The notes: generated by a model from the sequence alone, not told the origin. A stretch of 64,000 nucleotides of DNA from Hormiphora californensis (GCA_020137815.1 CM035358.1:3100001-3164000); one strand, 5' to 3'. Counted from the first letter of the stretch, positions 36,508 through 51,500 are shown. Program-made: numbers and translations.

Positions 36508-39500
36508 TCATATGTTTGTGTCTTTGAGATATCGAGCTAGAATTGTGTAAATTTGGTGGTATTGGTCTGCATCTTGGATCATGTAGGAGCGCTGTCTTCT
36601 CAGTCTTAGTACAGTTCTGAACACGTCCACAGTCCCCTCTAGCTGGAGCTGCAAAGGGGGGGGGGGTGGTTAGTACCGCTGTTCCCTGATATAGGTTACA
36701 TAATATTACAATCCCCTTATTACAATTCCTACCTGATCTAAGCAGTTGTTAAGTGCGATGTAAAGTGCTGTCCTGCCCACACCCCCTCCACAGTGTACTA
36801 CAGTGGGGGCAGTGCTATTTAGCTGTTGTTGCCACCGTCCAACCTCTGTAATACTCTGAAGTAACATCCCCGCAACACTATTTCTATCTGACATAGATGT
36901 TAACTGCCACTGCCTGAAAAATGTATATATTGTTATGTTATCCATAGTGCTCGACAGAGTAATCTGAATTTTGAATAAGTTTTTATTATCCAATCCTCAT
37001 GATTCATAGCTATTCGCTATTTGCTAAGTACCGTATCACAGTTGATTTTTTGTAGTTGTCACTCCGGTGCAACAATCGGAACTGCCTGATAACGAGGCCA
37101 GAATCCTCCTCTGTCGACTCCAACTTGACTCGACAGAACCCGTAATCTGTTGAGCTGGTGCTGGGCCAATACTTGGCACACTTTGTCTTGCCATCTTCTG
37201 TAAACAAGACAACATTATTAGATTCATTACTAAGATTGTGTTAAATCTATAGTAGTGTAGTTTCTAATTGCCTAGCTCGACCCCTTTTGTTTGAACCAGT
37301 TTATAACATACCAGTGAGTGTAGTGAGCATGACAATTGTCTGACATTTATATTCGTACATCATCCTCCAGAAGTCAATTGCAGTGCTTTCTTTTGGTGCC
37401 TGGGTTGCTATGAAGGCATCTCTGCCATGATAACTGGACACAAAACTGGCATTGATGTAATCGCTTCCAACTATACCCGTCTAGAGAAGGAGAGGAGTTT
37501 AGATGACATTATCATGGCATTATCACGACTTTATATGTGACAAAATAATTAATAAATCCACTAGGTTATATAAAATACTGACCTGCATTTTCAGTTTAAC
37601 TCTGTTTCTATCAAATGGTAGAATGTTGTGGTATCTGTTCTTGTGGTGATTGCAGTCCCTGTTAGCCTCTACAAATGTCTCAGAAGTCTCCTCTTTAGTT
37701 ACATGTACCAGTCTCTGGAATTCTAACTGTATTCCAGTTCGTTTTGTGCTCGGTATAGGTTTCATTAGCTCCCTGAAACACAAGTTTGGGTTTAGTAAGG
37801 GTTGAGGGGACACAACAATCAATAGAACCAAGAAGCTGGAGGAAAATGAGATCTGCCATCCTTTCTTTTTACCTGTATGCATGTGGGAACATCTGCCCGT
37901 AAACCTCAGTATCCCCACACCTCAGTACCTCATCAACACACCGGTATATCATACCATACTGACTCTCAGTTTGAACCATCAACCTTCTACCCATTCTGAG
38001 TTGCAGAACTGTATCGTAGATGTTAACATGTCGGTTCATCCTGATGTTCTCCATTTGTAGTTGTAGTGAGATAACAGTACCTGTTCGTCCTACTCCCGCG
38101 CTACAGTGAACCACAACTGGACCTGGAAATGAGAAATGTTAATAACAGTTTTATCTTGACTGTTGTCCGGTAAATCGGGCCTTCAATTACAGTTCAAACA
38201 ACAGATCAAAAGCAAAGGAAAGACAAGGGTTTGTACCTGGAAGGTTGTCAGCGAAGGCTCTCTTAGTGAAGTCCACTACACTGGTAGGGTGGGTTGGGAC
38301 ACCGTGGTCAGGCCACCCCTCATAGTGGTAGTGAGTTATTATCCTGGAGTCAACGCCACTCTGAAACAGCATGGTTGTTGGGAACTATTTGGCAGATCAG
38401 ACAGGAATCATGTTGTTTTAGAATTATATAAATCCCGTTATTCCTACCAAATTAACAAAAGTTTACCTACCTGAGTGATGGAGAGTTTCCTAACTTTGTA
38501 ATCAGGGAAGGTAACAATACCCAGGCACTCTATAGTGTGATCACCGAATGTTGTCTTCTTACTATCACTCCAATAGTTAGCACACTTCTTTCTTCCTTTC
38601 TCATCAAAGTTAGTTACCTATCAAATAGAGTCAAGGAGTGAGAGAGTGTGTGAAACTGATAGTTTAATGAGGTATTAGTTACCATGACAACAACGTGAAT
38701 GAGGTATTAGTTACCATGACAACAACGTGAATGAGGTATTAGTTACCATGACAACAACGTGAATGAGGTATTAGTTACCATGACAACAACGTGAATGAGG
38801 TATTAGTTACCATGACAACAACGTGAATGAGGTATTAGTTACCATGACAACAACGTGACAGTTGTACTGCCAGATCATCCTCCAGAAGTCATCACAAGTC
38901 TCTGGTTTAGGTCCTTGTGTTGCTATGAACCTCTTCTGCTTCTCTATCGTCTGTATAAATAGGAATTTTAGAACTAGATAACATCTCTATTATAATTTGG
39001 TAAATAAACTTCGTGGTATTCGTTGATTCAACTAAACACGAGAGAGAGAGAGATCCTTACACTGATCCAACTGGCGTTTATGTAGTGTGAAGTGCTGTCT
39101 CCCGGTATTCCCTCCAGAATCACCCTGGTCTCATCATACGGTAGGATATCCACAAACCTGTAAAATTAAAGTAGATAGAATTTTAAAGCAACATCGTATT
39201 CAAAGAAGTTACACAGATGGTTACACGGATTGTTAGTGAGCTGGTTCCGTACCTGTTTTTCTGTTTCAAGTTGGCCTGTTTAGCTACAGTAATTGGGATA
39301 CTGGGGACTTCCTTGGACAGCATGGCATATTCAACTGAGAGGGCATACATATCATCCTCCATCAACTGCTTGAACCTGTGGAGAGCAATGGTTCGAGAAT
39401 CGAGGGTGGATAGCAATGGTTCTAAGGTGGAGAGCAATGGTTCTAAGGTGGAGAGCATTGGTTCTAAGGTGGAGAGCAATGGTTCTAAAGTGGAGAGCAA

Positions 39501-42500
39501 TGGTTCTTAAGTGGAGAGAAATGGTTCTAAGGTGGAGAGCAATGGTTCTAAGGTGGAGAGCAATGGTTCTAAGGTGGAGAGCAATGGTTCTAAGGTGGAG
39601 AGCAATGATTCTAAGGTGGAGAGCAATGGTTCTAAGGTGGAGAGCAATGGTTCTAAAGTGGAGAGCAATGGTTCTAAAGTGGAGAGCAATGGTTCTTAAG
39701 TGGAGAGAAATGGTTCTAAGGTGGAGAGCAATGGTTCTAGGGAGAGCATGTTCTAGGGAGAGCAATGGTTCTAAGGTGGAGAGCAATGGTTCTAAGGTGG
39801 AGAGCAATGGTTCTAAGGTGGAGAGCAATGGTTCTAAGGTGGAGAGCAATGGTTCTAAGGTGGAGAGCAGTGGTCCTAAGGTGGAGAGCAATAGTTCTAA
39901 GGTGGAAAGCAATGGTTCTAAGGTGGAGAGCAATGGTTCTAATGTGGAGAGCGATGGTTCTTGAGAATCTAAATCACTAGAGTAAACCCTTAGAAATGAG
40001 TTGTAAGTGTGATGTGTAGTTATACCTGATATTGAATTTCCCTATTTCAATAGGTTTTCCAAGTCCATTCAGTTCTCCCATCGCGTTAGGATTTTTAAAT
40101 ACATCATCTGATATTAACTTTCCGGTTCTTTTCCTGAAAAGTAGCACTCTGTCAGTTTATTAGTTCAATAAGTTAGTATCTGATGGTGCTGGGTATATCA
40201 TGCTGTGTGTAAATGTTTTGGGATGTGTGTTACGTGGCCTGGAAATGTAAAATGTGTCAAAAGGGTAGTAGAACTTACTTTGTTAGTGTTCCTTGGTTTA
40301 GATAGTACATTTGGGGGTTTCTGTCTCTCCTGAAAAGGGCAAAGATGTGCTTACAAAAAGGCTTTACAGTAAAACTACTAACTACACTGGGCTATCGAAA
40401 TTTGCAATTACTGCTTTAGATAAGTCTTAGTTACGAGGTGTTCGTCTTACTTTGCATACAGGATAATCCCCACTAGAATGATGATGAGGGCAACTATGAA
40501 GATCAGAATTGCAATAACAATAAGAATTACATCCCAAGCTATGCTCACTGAAACAAAAGATATGTTAATGAAGGAGCAGACAAACATATTTGTATTTATA
40601 AAGGAGTAGTATTATTATTAATCCTACCTTTACAAATCTGCATGTTTATTGGTGCAGTGTTAGCGAACTCTGAAGTACAATGAAATGCAAAGTTGGGAGC
40701 GTAAAGCGTGTCTTCCCCCTCTGTACACACATAGGTTGCCTGGAAACAGAGAATGAATGTATTTGTTAAATCGAGGTATTTGAGGGTGTTGAGGGGAACT
40801 TGTAGGGGTCCCACAATATACCCGCCTTGTTAACAACAATTGGTGTATTATCAGAGCTACTTACAAATTCGTTGATAGGTAGCAGGTCCTTATTGTACAT
40901 CTTCATGGGGAAAGTAACATCGATATTACCATCTATCACATAGGTACACCCATCCACACATTCTGTGTATTCAATCGTACCATAACCACTGGAAATGAGA
41001 GGAGGATATAGTCCAGTACTAGATCAACACATAATTGACAGAAGAACAATGTGTTTCACGTCTTCAGCTGTAACTTAACGATTTTTAATATACTACACTC
41101 ACCCGCACACATAGCTGCTGTTAGTGCCTGATGGAAGTGTCTTGTTATCAGCTACCTCACATAACGTCTCTAGTAGATCCCCCTCATACAAGTTGTACTT
41201 CCCTGCCTCTTTCTCTCTCCCGTTAACCAACACAGTGGTAACTGGATCTTGTACTGTCACTATACAGCTACCTGGTGAAAAGGAGAGTGATTGGAGGGTT
41301 AGAATGAAAGAGTCAGATAACTTATTATTGAGATTAGAGAATGGGAAATCAGAAATTTGTGTTTGCATGGTAAACCGAACCAGACTACATGTTCCTTACT
41401 TGTACAGTTAACAATATCGAGTTCAACATAATCAGTTGTTCTACACACTATCTCCTGTGTAGACTTGTATGTTCCATCATCTAGAATATAGTCATCCTGA
41501 AAACACAGAGATTTAGTTCCCCAGCAAAGTACATAAGTTGCAAGCTGTAATTACTAAACCAAAAATAAACCCTTTCTAAACTTACATACTGAAATACTGA
41601 AATACTAAATGAATGGTGTTGAAATACTATATTCCACAATTATTATTTCCCAGCCGTTTCTAAACTTACAACACATTGAATTAGTTTGCTCCATCCATCG
41701 TCTACAAACTGAGGGATGTTGGTGGTGTCTTGTACATTCTGGGGGCTGCCCGTGCTGCAACTCGCTAAGAAAGAGGGAGAAGGCTTTACTTTTTTCAGAT
41801 AAGATGTTAGAAGCACCGCTGTAACTTATCATTTATAAGTTACAACGAGAGAGTCACTGATAAGGGTCTCTATCGCATGGCCTTCTAACTATGAACAATA
41901 CAAGACAACGTACTGATTCTGTACAACTTACCAGTAACTTTAACTTCAATGGAAGTGAATACATCCAGAGGTTTAGATACTCCGTCAACATCGATCGAGT
42001 ATGTTCCAAACAGTTTGTAGGTACCAGCTGTTGCCATCTGAAATATGTATATAGTACATAACGTTCTGCACGCAGTGCAAGCGCGCCATATACGCTCTGC
42101 ACTGCAGAGCGTATATGGAGGTGAAATGCACGACAGCGCAGCTGGAGTGCATTTCACACCTATATTGCACGAGTGTAACGAGTGCGATATAGGAGCGATT
42201 GCACATGCTGTGCAGGACGTTATTGAGTATATATTCCGCGAGAAAACACATGACAAGCAAAACAATCATAATTTTGGGTGATTACACACAGAGAGATGTG
42301 ACAAAACAAGGCACAAACTAAGCAAAAATACACAAAAAGACACTACTACACCTTTTACACACAAGGGGACCAAGTTTTGACAGTTTTAACAGTGAAAAGA
42401 AGAGAGAGATAAAGAGAGAGATATGAGAGAGGGAGATTGGAATTCTTGGAAATAGTGAACAACAAAACATGATAAGGGGATAATTAGTGAGAGAAAGAGG

Positions 42501-45500
42501 GAGACTGAGTGTAATTTGACAGACTTTGTGTCGCTTGGCACTGTGTCAGTCATATTCTGTGTGTTTGAGTGTGAAAAAGGTGTAAAAACACTGCGAGAAC
42601 ACTTTCCTTACTTATATCCCGCTACCCCTATATCTGCACGCTCCCGCGGAAGCAGAGTGCATATTTCACCGTGCAAATGGTCGCGCGGAGCGGGAGTGAT
42701 ATGTGCACTCGCGGTATATCCTTATTATAATAAGCAAATGAACGTCGTGATGAGGAGGAGTATGACCTATCCTCACGTGCAAATAGAGGGGGTTGCCCTG
42801 GGAGGTGGCTTGGGAGGGGTATTGGAGGGGATACTGCACGTGCATGTTGTTGGTTGTTTGTTATGTGTTCCTGTGGTGTTTCGTGGTGTTTTGGGATCTA
42901 CTGCTGAGGCCGCCATGATTACCAAAGCCTTTCTAACTACGTACCCCGTTGATTCTCTACACAGCTACAATTCTACGAATCTTTATCACCTGATTCTACA
43001 TGTTATTCAGCGGGATTTCCCTTGATGTTTATCACCAGCGCTCTACCACTACCAACCTCCGTATTCTTTACCCCGACATGGAGAGACGAAGAGTGGGGGG
43101 GGGCATAGAGACGGGTGGGGGGGGGGGCTGTTGTAGGACTTAACAATGGGCTTTCTAGTCCTTATTATAAAGTACAAATGAACGTCGTGATGATGGTGAC
43201 CTATCATCACGTGCAAATGGTGGGGGGTTGCCAAGGAGGTGCCCTGGGAGGGGTATTGGAGGGGGATACTGCACGTGCATGTTTTTGGTTGTTTGTTGCG
43301 TGTTCCTGTGTTGTTCCTGTGGTGTTTTGGGATCTACTGCTGAGGTCGCCATGATTGCTAAAGCCTTTCTACCTACGTACCCCGTTGATTCTCTACACAG
43401 CTACAATTCTACGGATCTTTACCACCTGATTCTACATGTTATTCAGCGGGATTTCCCTTGATGTTTATCACCGGCGCTCTACCACTATACCAACCTCCGT
43501 ATTCTTTACCCCGACATGGAGAGACAACGAGTGAGGGGGGGGGGGACATAGAGACGGGTGGGGGGGGGGCTGTTGTAGGACTTAACAATGGGCTTTCTAG
43601 TCTATATTATAAAGTACAAATGAACGTCGTAGTGAGGAGTATGATGTAGTATCCCACGTGCAAATGGTGGGGGGTTGCCAAGGAGGTGCCCTGGGAGGGG
43701 TATTGGAGGTTGCACGTGCGGGTTGGTACAGTGGGTGAGAGGGGTGCTCCTGGGTGAGGGAGAGTGTGGGGATTTGGGTCAACGGGTGCTCTACTTCAAA
43801 GGGCTTTCTAGTCCTTATTATAATTTGCAAATGCGTGGCGTGGTGATGATGACCTATCATCACGTGCAAATAGAGGGGGGTTGCCAAGGAGGTGCTCTGG
43901 GAGGGGTATTGGATGTGATGATACTGCACGTGCATGTTTTTGGTTGTTTGTTGCGTGTTCCTGTGGTGTTTTGGGATCTACTGCTGGGGCCGCCATGATT
44001 GCCAAAGCCTTTCTACCTACGTACCCCGTTAATTCTCTACACAGCTACAATTCTACGGATCTTTATCACCTGATTCTACATGTTATTCAGCGAGATTTCC
44101 CTTGATGTTTCTCACCATGGCGCTCTACCACTACCAACCTCTTTACCCCGACATGGAGAGACGAAGAGTAAGAGGGGGAGAGAAACATGGGGACGGGTGG
44201 GGGGGGGGCTATCGTAGGACTTCAATGGGCTTTCTACGCAGCGAGTGATTGATGGCTGCACGTGCGGGTTGGTGCAGCGGGTGAGAGGGGTGATTCTGGG
44301 TGAGGGGGTGGGGATTCGGGTCAACGGGTGCTCTACTTCAACGGGTTTTCTAGTATATTTATATAGAGAATTGTCACAGCTAAAACATGTCAAGTTATAT
44401 TCACCACAGTTAAAACGTCATTTGTACAACAGTCTATACAATTTTTGTTTCATGATGTCCCACGAGGAGACGCCAATAATCAACTATAATTAAATATAAG
44501 TCCTAACAGCCCCGTTATATATTCCACACCTACCCGCATTGAGTCCACAATGAGTGTCTGGCTGGTGGCGAGGGTGCTACTAGAGCGGGTCCACCTCCAC
44601 GTGGGTGTTATACCATAGTCAGGACGGTTAGGGGAACCAGTTAGTTTCAACTGCTCCCCAGCTTTCAGGGTCATTGAGGTAGTCCCCACGTTCAACTGAA
44701 TGCCTGGATACGGTAGGAATTAGACCACTACCCCGTGAAATATGATTAATATACAAGTAAGGCACTATTTCACCGTTTGGGTTTGCGGTGAGACAGGGCC
44801 TTCCAAGGCAAGTATATAATATGGTGAATATCGGTGAATATGTATATTGTATACCCATCACATTCTAACTTTTACTTACCAACAACGCGGAGGGAGGTTT
44901 GTCGAAGAAACACCTGTGCCCCGACCTTAAAATGACATTGGAACTCTTTCTTATCATCCTCCAGAGACACTGTTTTTATCGTCATGGTACTCAACTGAGT
45001 CTTGTCACTGTAACTTCCTATAGTGAGGTAGAGGTATCATGGGTTAGAAAACTGTGCTGCATACTATCAAATTTCATCGGCTGTGATATGACTTCCCCGT
45101 TTAATAGGAACCGGCGATACCGGATATTTTTTTCTCGATTCGATCTCGATCTTTTTTTGGACGACCAAAATTTTTCGATTCGATCTCGATTCGATCTTTT
45201 GGTGTTCAAAAAATTTCGATTCGATCTCGATTCGATCTTTTGGGGTTCAAAAAATTTCGATTCGATCTCGATTCGATCTTTGAGGGTTCAAAAACTTTCG
45301 ATTCGATCTCGATTCGATCTTTCGGTTTTCAAAAAATCTCGTTTCGATCTCGATTCGATCTTTGAGGGTTCAAAAAATCTCGATTCGATCTCGATTCGAT
45401 CTTTCGGTTTTCAAAAAATTTCGATTCGATCTCGATTCGATCTTTGGGGGATGAAAAAATATCGATTCGATCTCGATTCGATCTTTGTGCGATCAAAAAC

Positions 45501-48500
45501 TTTCGATTCGATCTCGATTCGATTCGATCTTTCGATCCTTCGATTCGATCCTATAATAATGCCGGTTTCTACTGGCTAGGAACCGAAGATTCTTGATATT
45601 TTCTTCTCGATCCCGATTCGATCTTTGGGTGACCGATCAAAATTTTTCGATTCGATCTCGATTCGATCTTTGGGGGATCAAAAAATATCGATTCGATCAC
45701 GATTCGATTTTTCGGGGTTCAAAAAATATCGATTCGATCTCGATTCGATCTTTGGGTGATAAAAAACTTTCGATTCGATCTCGATTCGATCTTTTGGGGT
45801 TCAAAAATTTTCGATTCGATCTCGATTCGATCTTTGAACGTTCAAAAAATTTCGATTCGATCTCGATTCGATCTTTGAGGGTTCAAAAAATCTCGATTCG
45901 ATCTCGATTCGATCTTTGGGCGGTCAAAAAATCTCGATTCGATCTCGATTCGATCTTTGGGCTCAAAAAACTACTCGATTCGATTCGATTCGATCCGATC
46001 TCTCGATCTTTCGATTCGATTCGATATTATCGCCGGTTCCTACCGTTTAAAGAGAGGACAAGATAGGTCATTGAATTTTACCGTCATACTGCATACATGA
46101 TACAGGTTTTGAGAATTGAAACTTGAACCTAAAATATCCCGACTAGTATTCCTTCGTACCTGTGTTAACAGTGTAAAGACTAGAGAGACTAGCAACATCA
46201 ATTAGCTCCTCGTCCTGCTTCAGATACCAGTTAACCCCACTGGGAGCCTGGCCAAGGTCTGATGTGGCCAAATAGGTGCAAGTAACGGGGACAGACGCAT
46301 TTCCAACAGTTGTGTACTGGGTCGATTGCGCCTTGATATCTGAAGGGGGTGAATAGCTGAGTTGTCAAAGATACACAACTTTTAATAAGACTTACTGGGT
46401 GATTGGTAAAGAATGGTGGACTTGGAACCTCTCCTGTGACACACCGCTACTAAATGAAGTGAATGGTGAAGTATGTATGAAGCATATACTGTGTGATTTT
46501 AAATGACTGAGACTGCTCTATCTCAAATTGTGTAAAAACTATGGCATCTTTCGACTTCAAATTTTGGGACACGATAAAACATAATTTCTCATTTATTCTC
46601 CCAGATTTTCAGAAAGTTTCCGTGTTCCTGAATGAACTTATTGCCATAAAACCTCCTCCAACTTTACACAATCATATCTCTGGAGTCTAATGAGATAGAG
46701 AGTTCAGATTCTCAGGAGAGACAGATAAGACGATTTTGAATGTTTTGTCTGCTTTACGAGTTGATAACTTTTACCGTCTGTTCACAGGAACTGTTTAAAG
46801 TGATGTAACACGCTCTAATTAGGCCAAATTTAGGTCATTTTACCCCTCAAAGATCACATGTCCAGCTGATTCTAGTGGGCTAATGAGGCCTCTTACACGA
46901 ATTTGTCACGTGTTACTGCAAGGATACCGCTCTCCTTTTTCACCTTGACCAAGCAGACATGATCATGGTGTCTGGAAGTGGTAACAAGCTGTAGGATACC
47001 AGACAGATGCTGCTCTCTACTTCAATCACTCTCTCGTTATAAGGTCACGTGACTGGAATTGGGATCTCGACATCAGACATGATCACAATGTCTACAAAGC
47101 AAGAAGACATGTGATCTTTGAGGGGTAAAATGACCTAAATTTGGCCTAATTAGAACGTGTTACATCACTTTAAACAGTTCCTGTGAACAGACGGTAAAAG
47201 TTATCAACTCGTAAAGCAGACAAAACATTCAAAATCGTCTTATCTGTCTCTCCTGAGAATCTGAACTCTCTATCTCATTAGACTCCAGAGATATGATTGT
47301 GTAAAGTTGGAGGAGGTTTTATGGCAATAAGTTCATTCAGGAACACGGAAACTTTCTGAAAATCTGGGAGAATAAATGAGAAATTATGTTTTATCGTGTC
47401 CCAAAATTTGAAGTCGAAAGATGCCATAGTTTTTACACAATTTGAGATAGAGCAGTCTCAGTCATTTAAAATCACACAGTATTATAATGAAGTGAATGAC
47501 ATAAAGAATGGTTTTAAAAAGGAACCGACCGAATCAGGAAACACTGGTCCCTGATTGGCTGATAACCAGTCACGTGACCTAAATAACGAGTTCTGATTGG
47601 TTGTTTACTTGTTTCGGTCGGTTCCTGGTTTAAATTAATAACCTACTTGATACTATAGCAGACACTTTCTTTTCCAAAACAAGGCTGGTTTTGGAGAAGG
47701 ATACCTTGCAAACAACATCATACCCATCATCAGGGATGGTCTGACTGTACAGCTCACTGTTGTTTAATATCTGAACAGGATCAGGGGGTTTAGTGAGATA
47801 ATACATGGTCAGGGGCCGGGGTTTTTTTTTTTTTTTTTGGGGCATTAAGCTAAGGCGTACCAAGTCTCATACCACCCGGGTATAGACGGCATAGCCTGGA
47901 ACCCTCCGTACGAACTCCCTTGAAAATTCAAGGGAGAGCAGTGCACATTGGAGGGCCCTACGCTTGTCTTGTGTCTGTCTTGGTCAGTCATTTAGATAGT
48001 TAAAAACTGATCATAATAATACATAGATTTCAATGATTACGCAAGCTTTATCCTATAAAGTTACAGGGTCTGGAACAAGGTATCGTTTTGCCTTTGAGAG
48101 TTTCTTGAGTTTAGTTTGGTCTGGAACAAGGTAACGTTTTGCCTTTGAGAGTTTCTTGAGTTTAGTTTGGTCTGGAACAAGGTAACTTTTTGCCTTTGTG
48201 AGTGTCTTGAGTTTAGTTTGGTCTGGAACAAGGTAACGTTTTGCCTTTGTGAATGTCTTGAGTTTGGGTCTGGAATCCCGATGTATACCGTGTTTTGAAT
48301 AGTCAATTACATTCACAATATAAACTTTACACAATCTGTGAACAGACAATACGAACAGGTGAACTTACAGAATTTTGATGGATGATTGTTACCGTGATGT
48401 TGGTTGGTGATGGGAATGGAGATGAGAGCCGAGAGGTGTATCCTTTTCCGTTAGAGATAAAGATAAACGAGAACAATCAAACACAAATAAGGGGTAGGAC

Positions 48501-51500
48501 AGATTGTAGCACCACTAAAGTGTAAAATGTTCTAGAAGACAATTCGGATGAGATAGATAAGAACATTTGTTAGTTGTTACACGCGATAAGCGACTTAGTG
48601 CACCAAAACACAAGGATTGTCTCTGTAGTGTGGTGTTTAGCAATGTCCGCTATATTGGGAGAGGTGGGTGGGGGAGGGCGGGTGGGGGTGGGGCGGGGGG
48701 TAATATTGGACAAAAATGTAGCTGTAATTTAGTGATGAGACCAGGCCAGGCCCGAGAGACAGTTCAGTGGTAACTGGGAGGTCATGTGTGATGGAAATGA
48801 GAACTAAAGACAGATTTGAGTTGTATTTTATTGAGGAAAACAGCCCTTTTTGGTGTCTGAGACAAGCAAAAGTGAAACGAAATGCAACGTAACGAACGAG
48901 TAATGAATAGAATTCTGCTCTGTGACTTGTTAGTGCTCCTTTATAAAACACGCAATGGCAAAGTACAAAGTTTCGCAAATTTAATTTAATGCGAAATTCC
49001 AAAGTTTTGGTCGATTTCGGCCAAAATTGCTGCCCTAAACTAACAATTGGACTGTGCGTTGCCGGGGAGACTGCTCGCTGGTGACTGAGAGATCATATGT
49101 TCTCGAATATTGGTACTTGAGGCGGATTTAAGTTGCATTTTAGTGTGGGGAAGAGGGGAATATTGGACAAAAATGTAGCTGTAATTTAGTGATGAGACCA
49201 GGCCAGGCCCGAGAGACAGTTCAGTGGTAACTGGGAGGTCATGTGTGATGGAAATGAGAACTAAAGACAGATTTGAGTTGTATTTTATTGAGGAAAACAG
49301 CCCTTTTTGGTGTCTGAGACAAGCAAAAGTGAAACGAAATGCAACGTAACGAACGAGTAATGAATAGAATTCTGCTCTGTGACTTGTTAGTGCTCCTTTA
49401 TAAAACACGCAATGGCAAAGTACAAAGTTTCGCAAATTTAATTTAATGCGAAATTCCAAAGTTTTGGTCGATTTCGGCCAAAATTGCTGCCCTAAACTAA
49501 CAATTGGACTGTGCGTTGCCGGGGAGACTGCTCGCTGGTGACTGAGAGATCATATGTTCTCGAATATTGGTACTTGAGGCGGATTTAAGTTGCATTTTAG
49601 TGTGGGGAAGAGGGGAATATTGGACAAAAATGTAGCTGTAATTTAGTGATGAGACCAGGCCAGGCCCGAGAGACAGTTCAGTGGTAACTGGGAGGTCATG
49701 TGTGATGGAAATGAGAACTAAAGACAGATTTGAGTTGTATTTTATTGAGGAAAACAGCCCTTTTTGGTGTCTGAGACAAGCAAAAGTGAAACGAAATGCA
49801 ACGTAACGAACGAGTAATGAATAGAATTCTGCTCTGTGACTTGTTAGTGCTCCTTTATAAAACACGCAATGGCAAAGTACAAAGTTTCGCAAATTTAATT
49901 TAATGCGAAATTCCAAAGTTTTGGTCGATTTCGGCCAAAATTGCTGCCCTAAACTAACAATTGGACTGTGCGTTGCCGGGGAGACTGCTCGCTGGTGACT
50001 GAGAGATCATATGTTCTCGAATATTGGTACTTGAGGCGGATTTAAGTTGCATTTTAGTGTGGGGAAGAGGGGAATATTGGACAAAAATGTAGCTGTAATT
50101 TAGTGATGAGACCAGGCCAGGCCCGAGAGACAGTTCAGTGGTAACTGGGAGGTCATGTGTGATGGAAATGAGAACTAAAGACAGATTTGAGTTGTATTTT
50201 ATTGAGGAAAACAGCCCTTTTTGGTGTCTGAGACAAGCAAAAGTGAAACGAAATGCAACGTAACGAACGAGTAATGAATAGAATTCTGCTCTGTGACTTG
50301 TTAGTGCTCCTTTATAAAACACGCAATGGCAAAGTACAAAGTTTCGCAAATTTAATTTAATGCGAAATTCCAAAGTTTTGGTCGATTTCGGCCAAAATTG
50401 CTGCCCTAAACTAACAATTGGACTGTGCGTTGCCGGGGAGACTGCTCGCTGGTGACTGAGAGATCATATGTTCTCGAATATTGGTACTTGAGGCGGATTT
50501 AAGTTGCATTTTAGTGTGGGGAAGAGGGGAATATTGGACAAAAATGTAGCTGTAATTTAGTGATGAGACCAGGCCAGGCCCGAGAGACAGTTCAGTGGTA
50601 ACTGGGAGGTCATGTGTGATGGAAATGAGAACTAAAGACAGATTTGAGTTGTATTTTATTGAGGAAAACAGCCCTTTTTGGTGTCTGAGACAAGCAAAAG
50701 TGAAACGAAATGCAACGTAACGAACGAGTAATGAATAGAATTCTGCTCTGTGACTTGTTAGTGCTCCTTTATAAAACACGCAATGGCAAAGTACAAAGTT
50801 TCGCAAATTTAATTTAATGCGAAATTCCAAAGTTTTGGTCGATTTCGGCCAAAATTGCTGCCCTAAACTAACAATTGGACTGTGCGTTGCCGGGGAGACT
50901 GCTCGCTGGTGACTGAGAGATCATATGTTCTCGAATATTGGTACTTGAGGCGGATTTAAGTTGCATTTTAGTGTGGGGAAGAGGGGAATATTGGACAAAA
51001 ATGTAGCTGTAATTTAGTGATGAGACCAGGCCAGGCCCGAGAGACAGTTCAGTGGTAACTGGGAGGTCATGTGTGATGGAAATGAGAACTAAAGACAGAT
51101 TTGAGTTGTATTTTATTGAGGAAAACAGCCCTTTTTGGTGTCTGAGACAAGCAAAAGTGAAACGAAATGCAACGTAACGAACGAGTAATGAATAGAATTC
51201 TGCTCTGTGACTTGTTAGTGCTCCTTTATAAAACACGCAATGGCAAAGTACAAAGTTTCGCAAATTTAATTTAATGCGAAATTCCAAAGTTTTGGTCGAT
51301 TTCGGCCAAAATTGCTGCCCTAAACTAACAATTGGACTGTGCGTTGCCGGGGAGACTGCTCGCTGGTGACTGAGAGATCATATGTTCTCGAATATTGGTA
51401 CTTGAGGCGGATTTAAGTTGCATTTTAGTGTGGGGAAGAGGGGAATATTGGACAAAAATGTAGCTGTAATTTAGTGATGAGACCAGGCCAGGCCCGAGAG

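Noticed and set aside
39352-39980. STLEPLL / MVLRWRA repeat ORFs
   Set aside because: Frames of the 21-bp intronic minisatellite.
42050-42718. Possible MITE with GTGCA-rich imperfect inverted ends
   Set aside because: Termini and TSD could not be defined, and the right end is interrupted by the Helitron array.
38666-46042. 32-bp, 21-bp and TTCGATCTCGA arrays as CRISPR-like repeats
   Set aside because: No unique spacers (the MITE spacers are related to each other), eukaryotic intronic context, and no cas genes.
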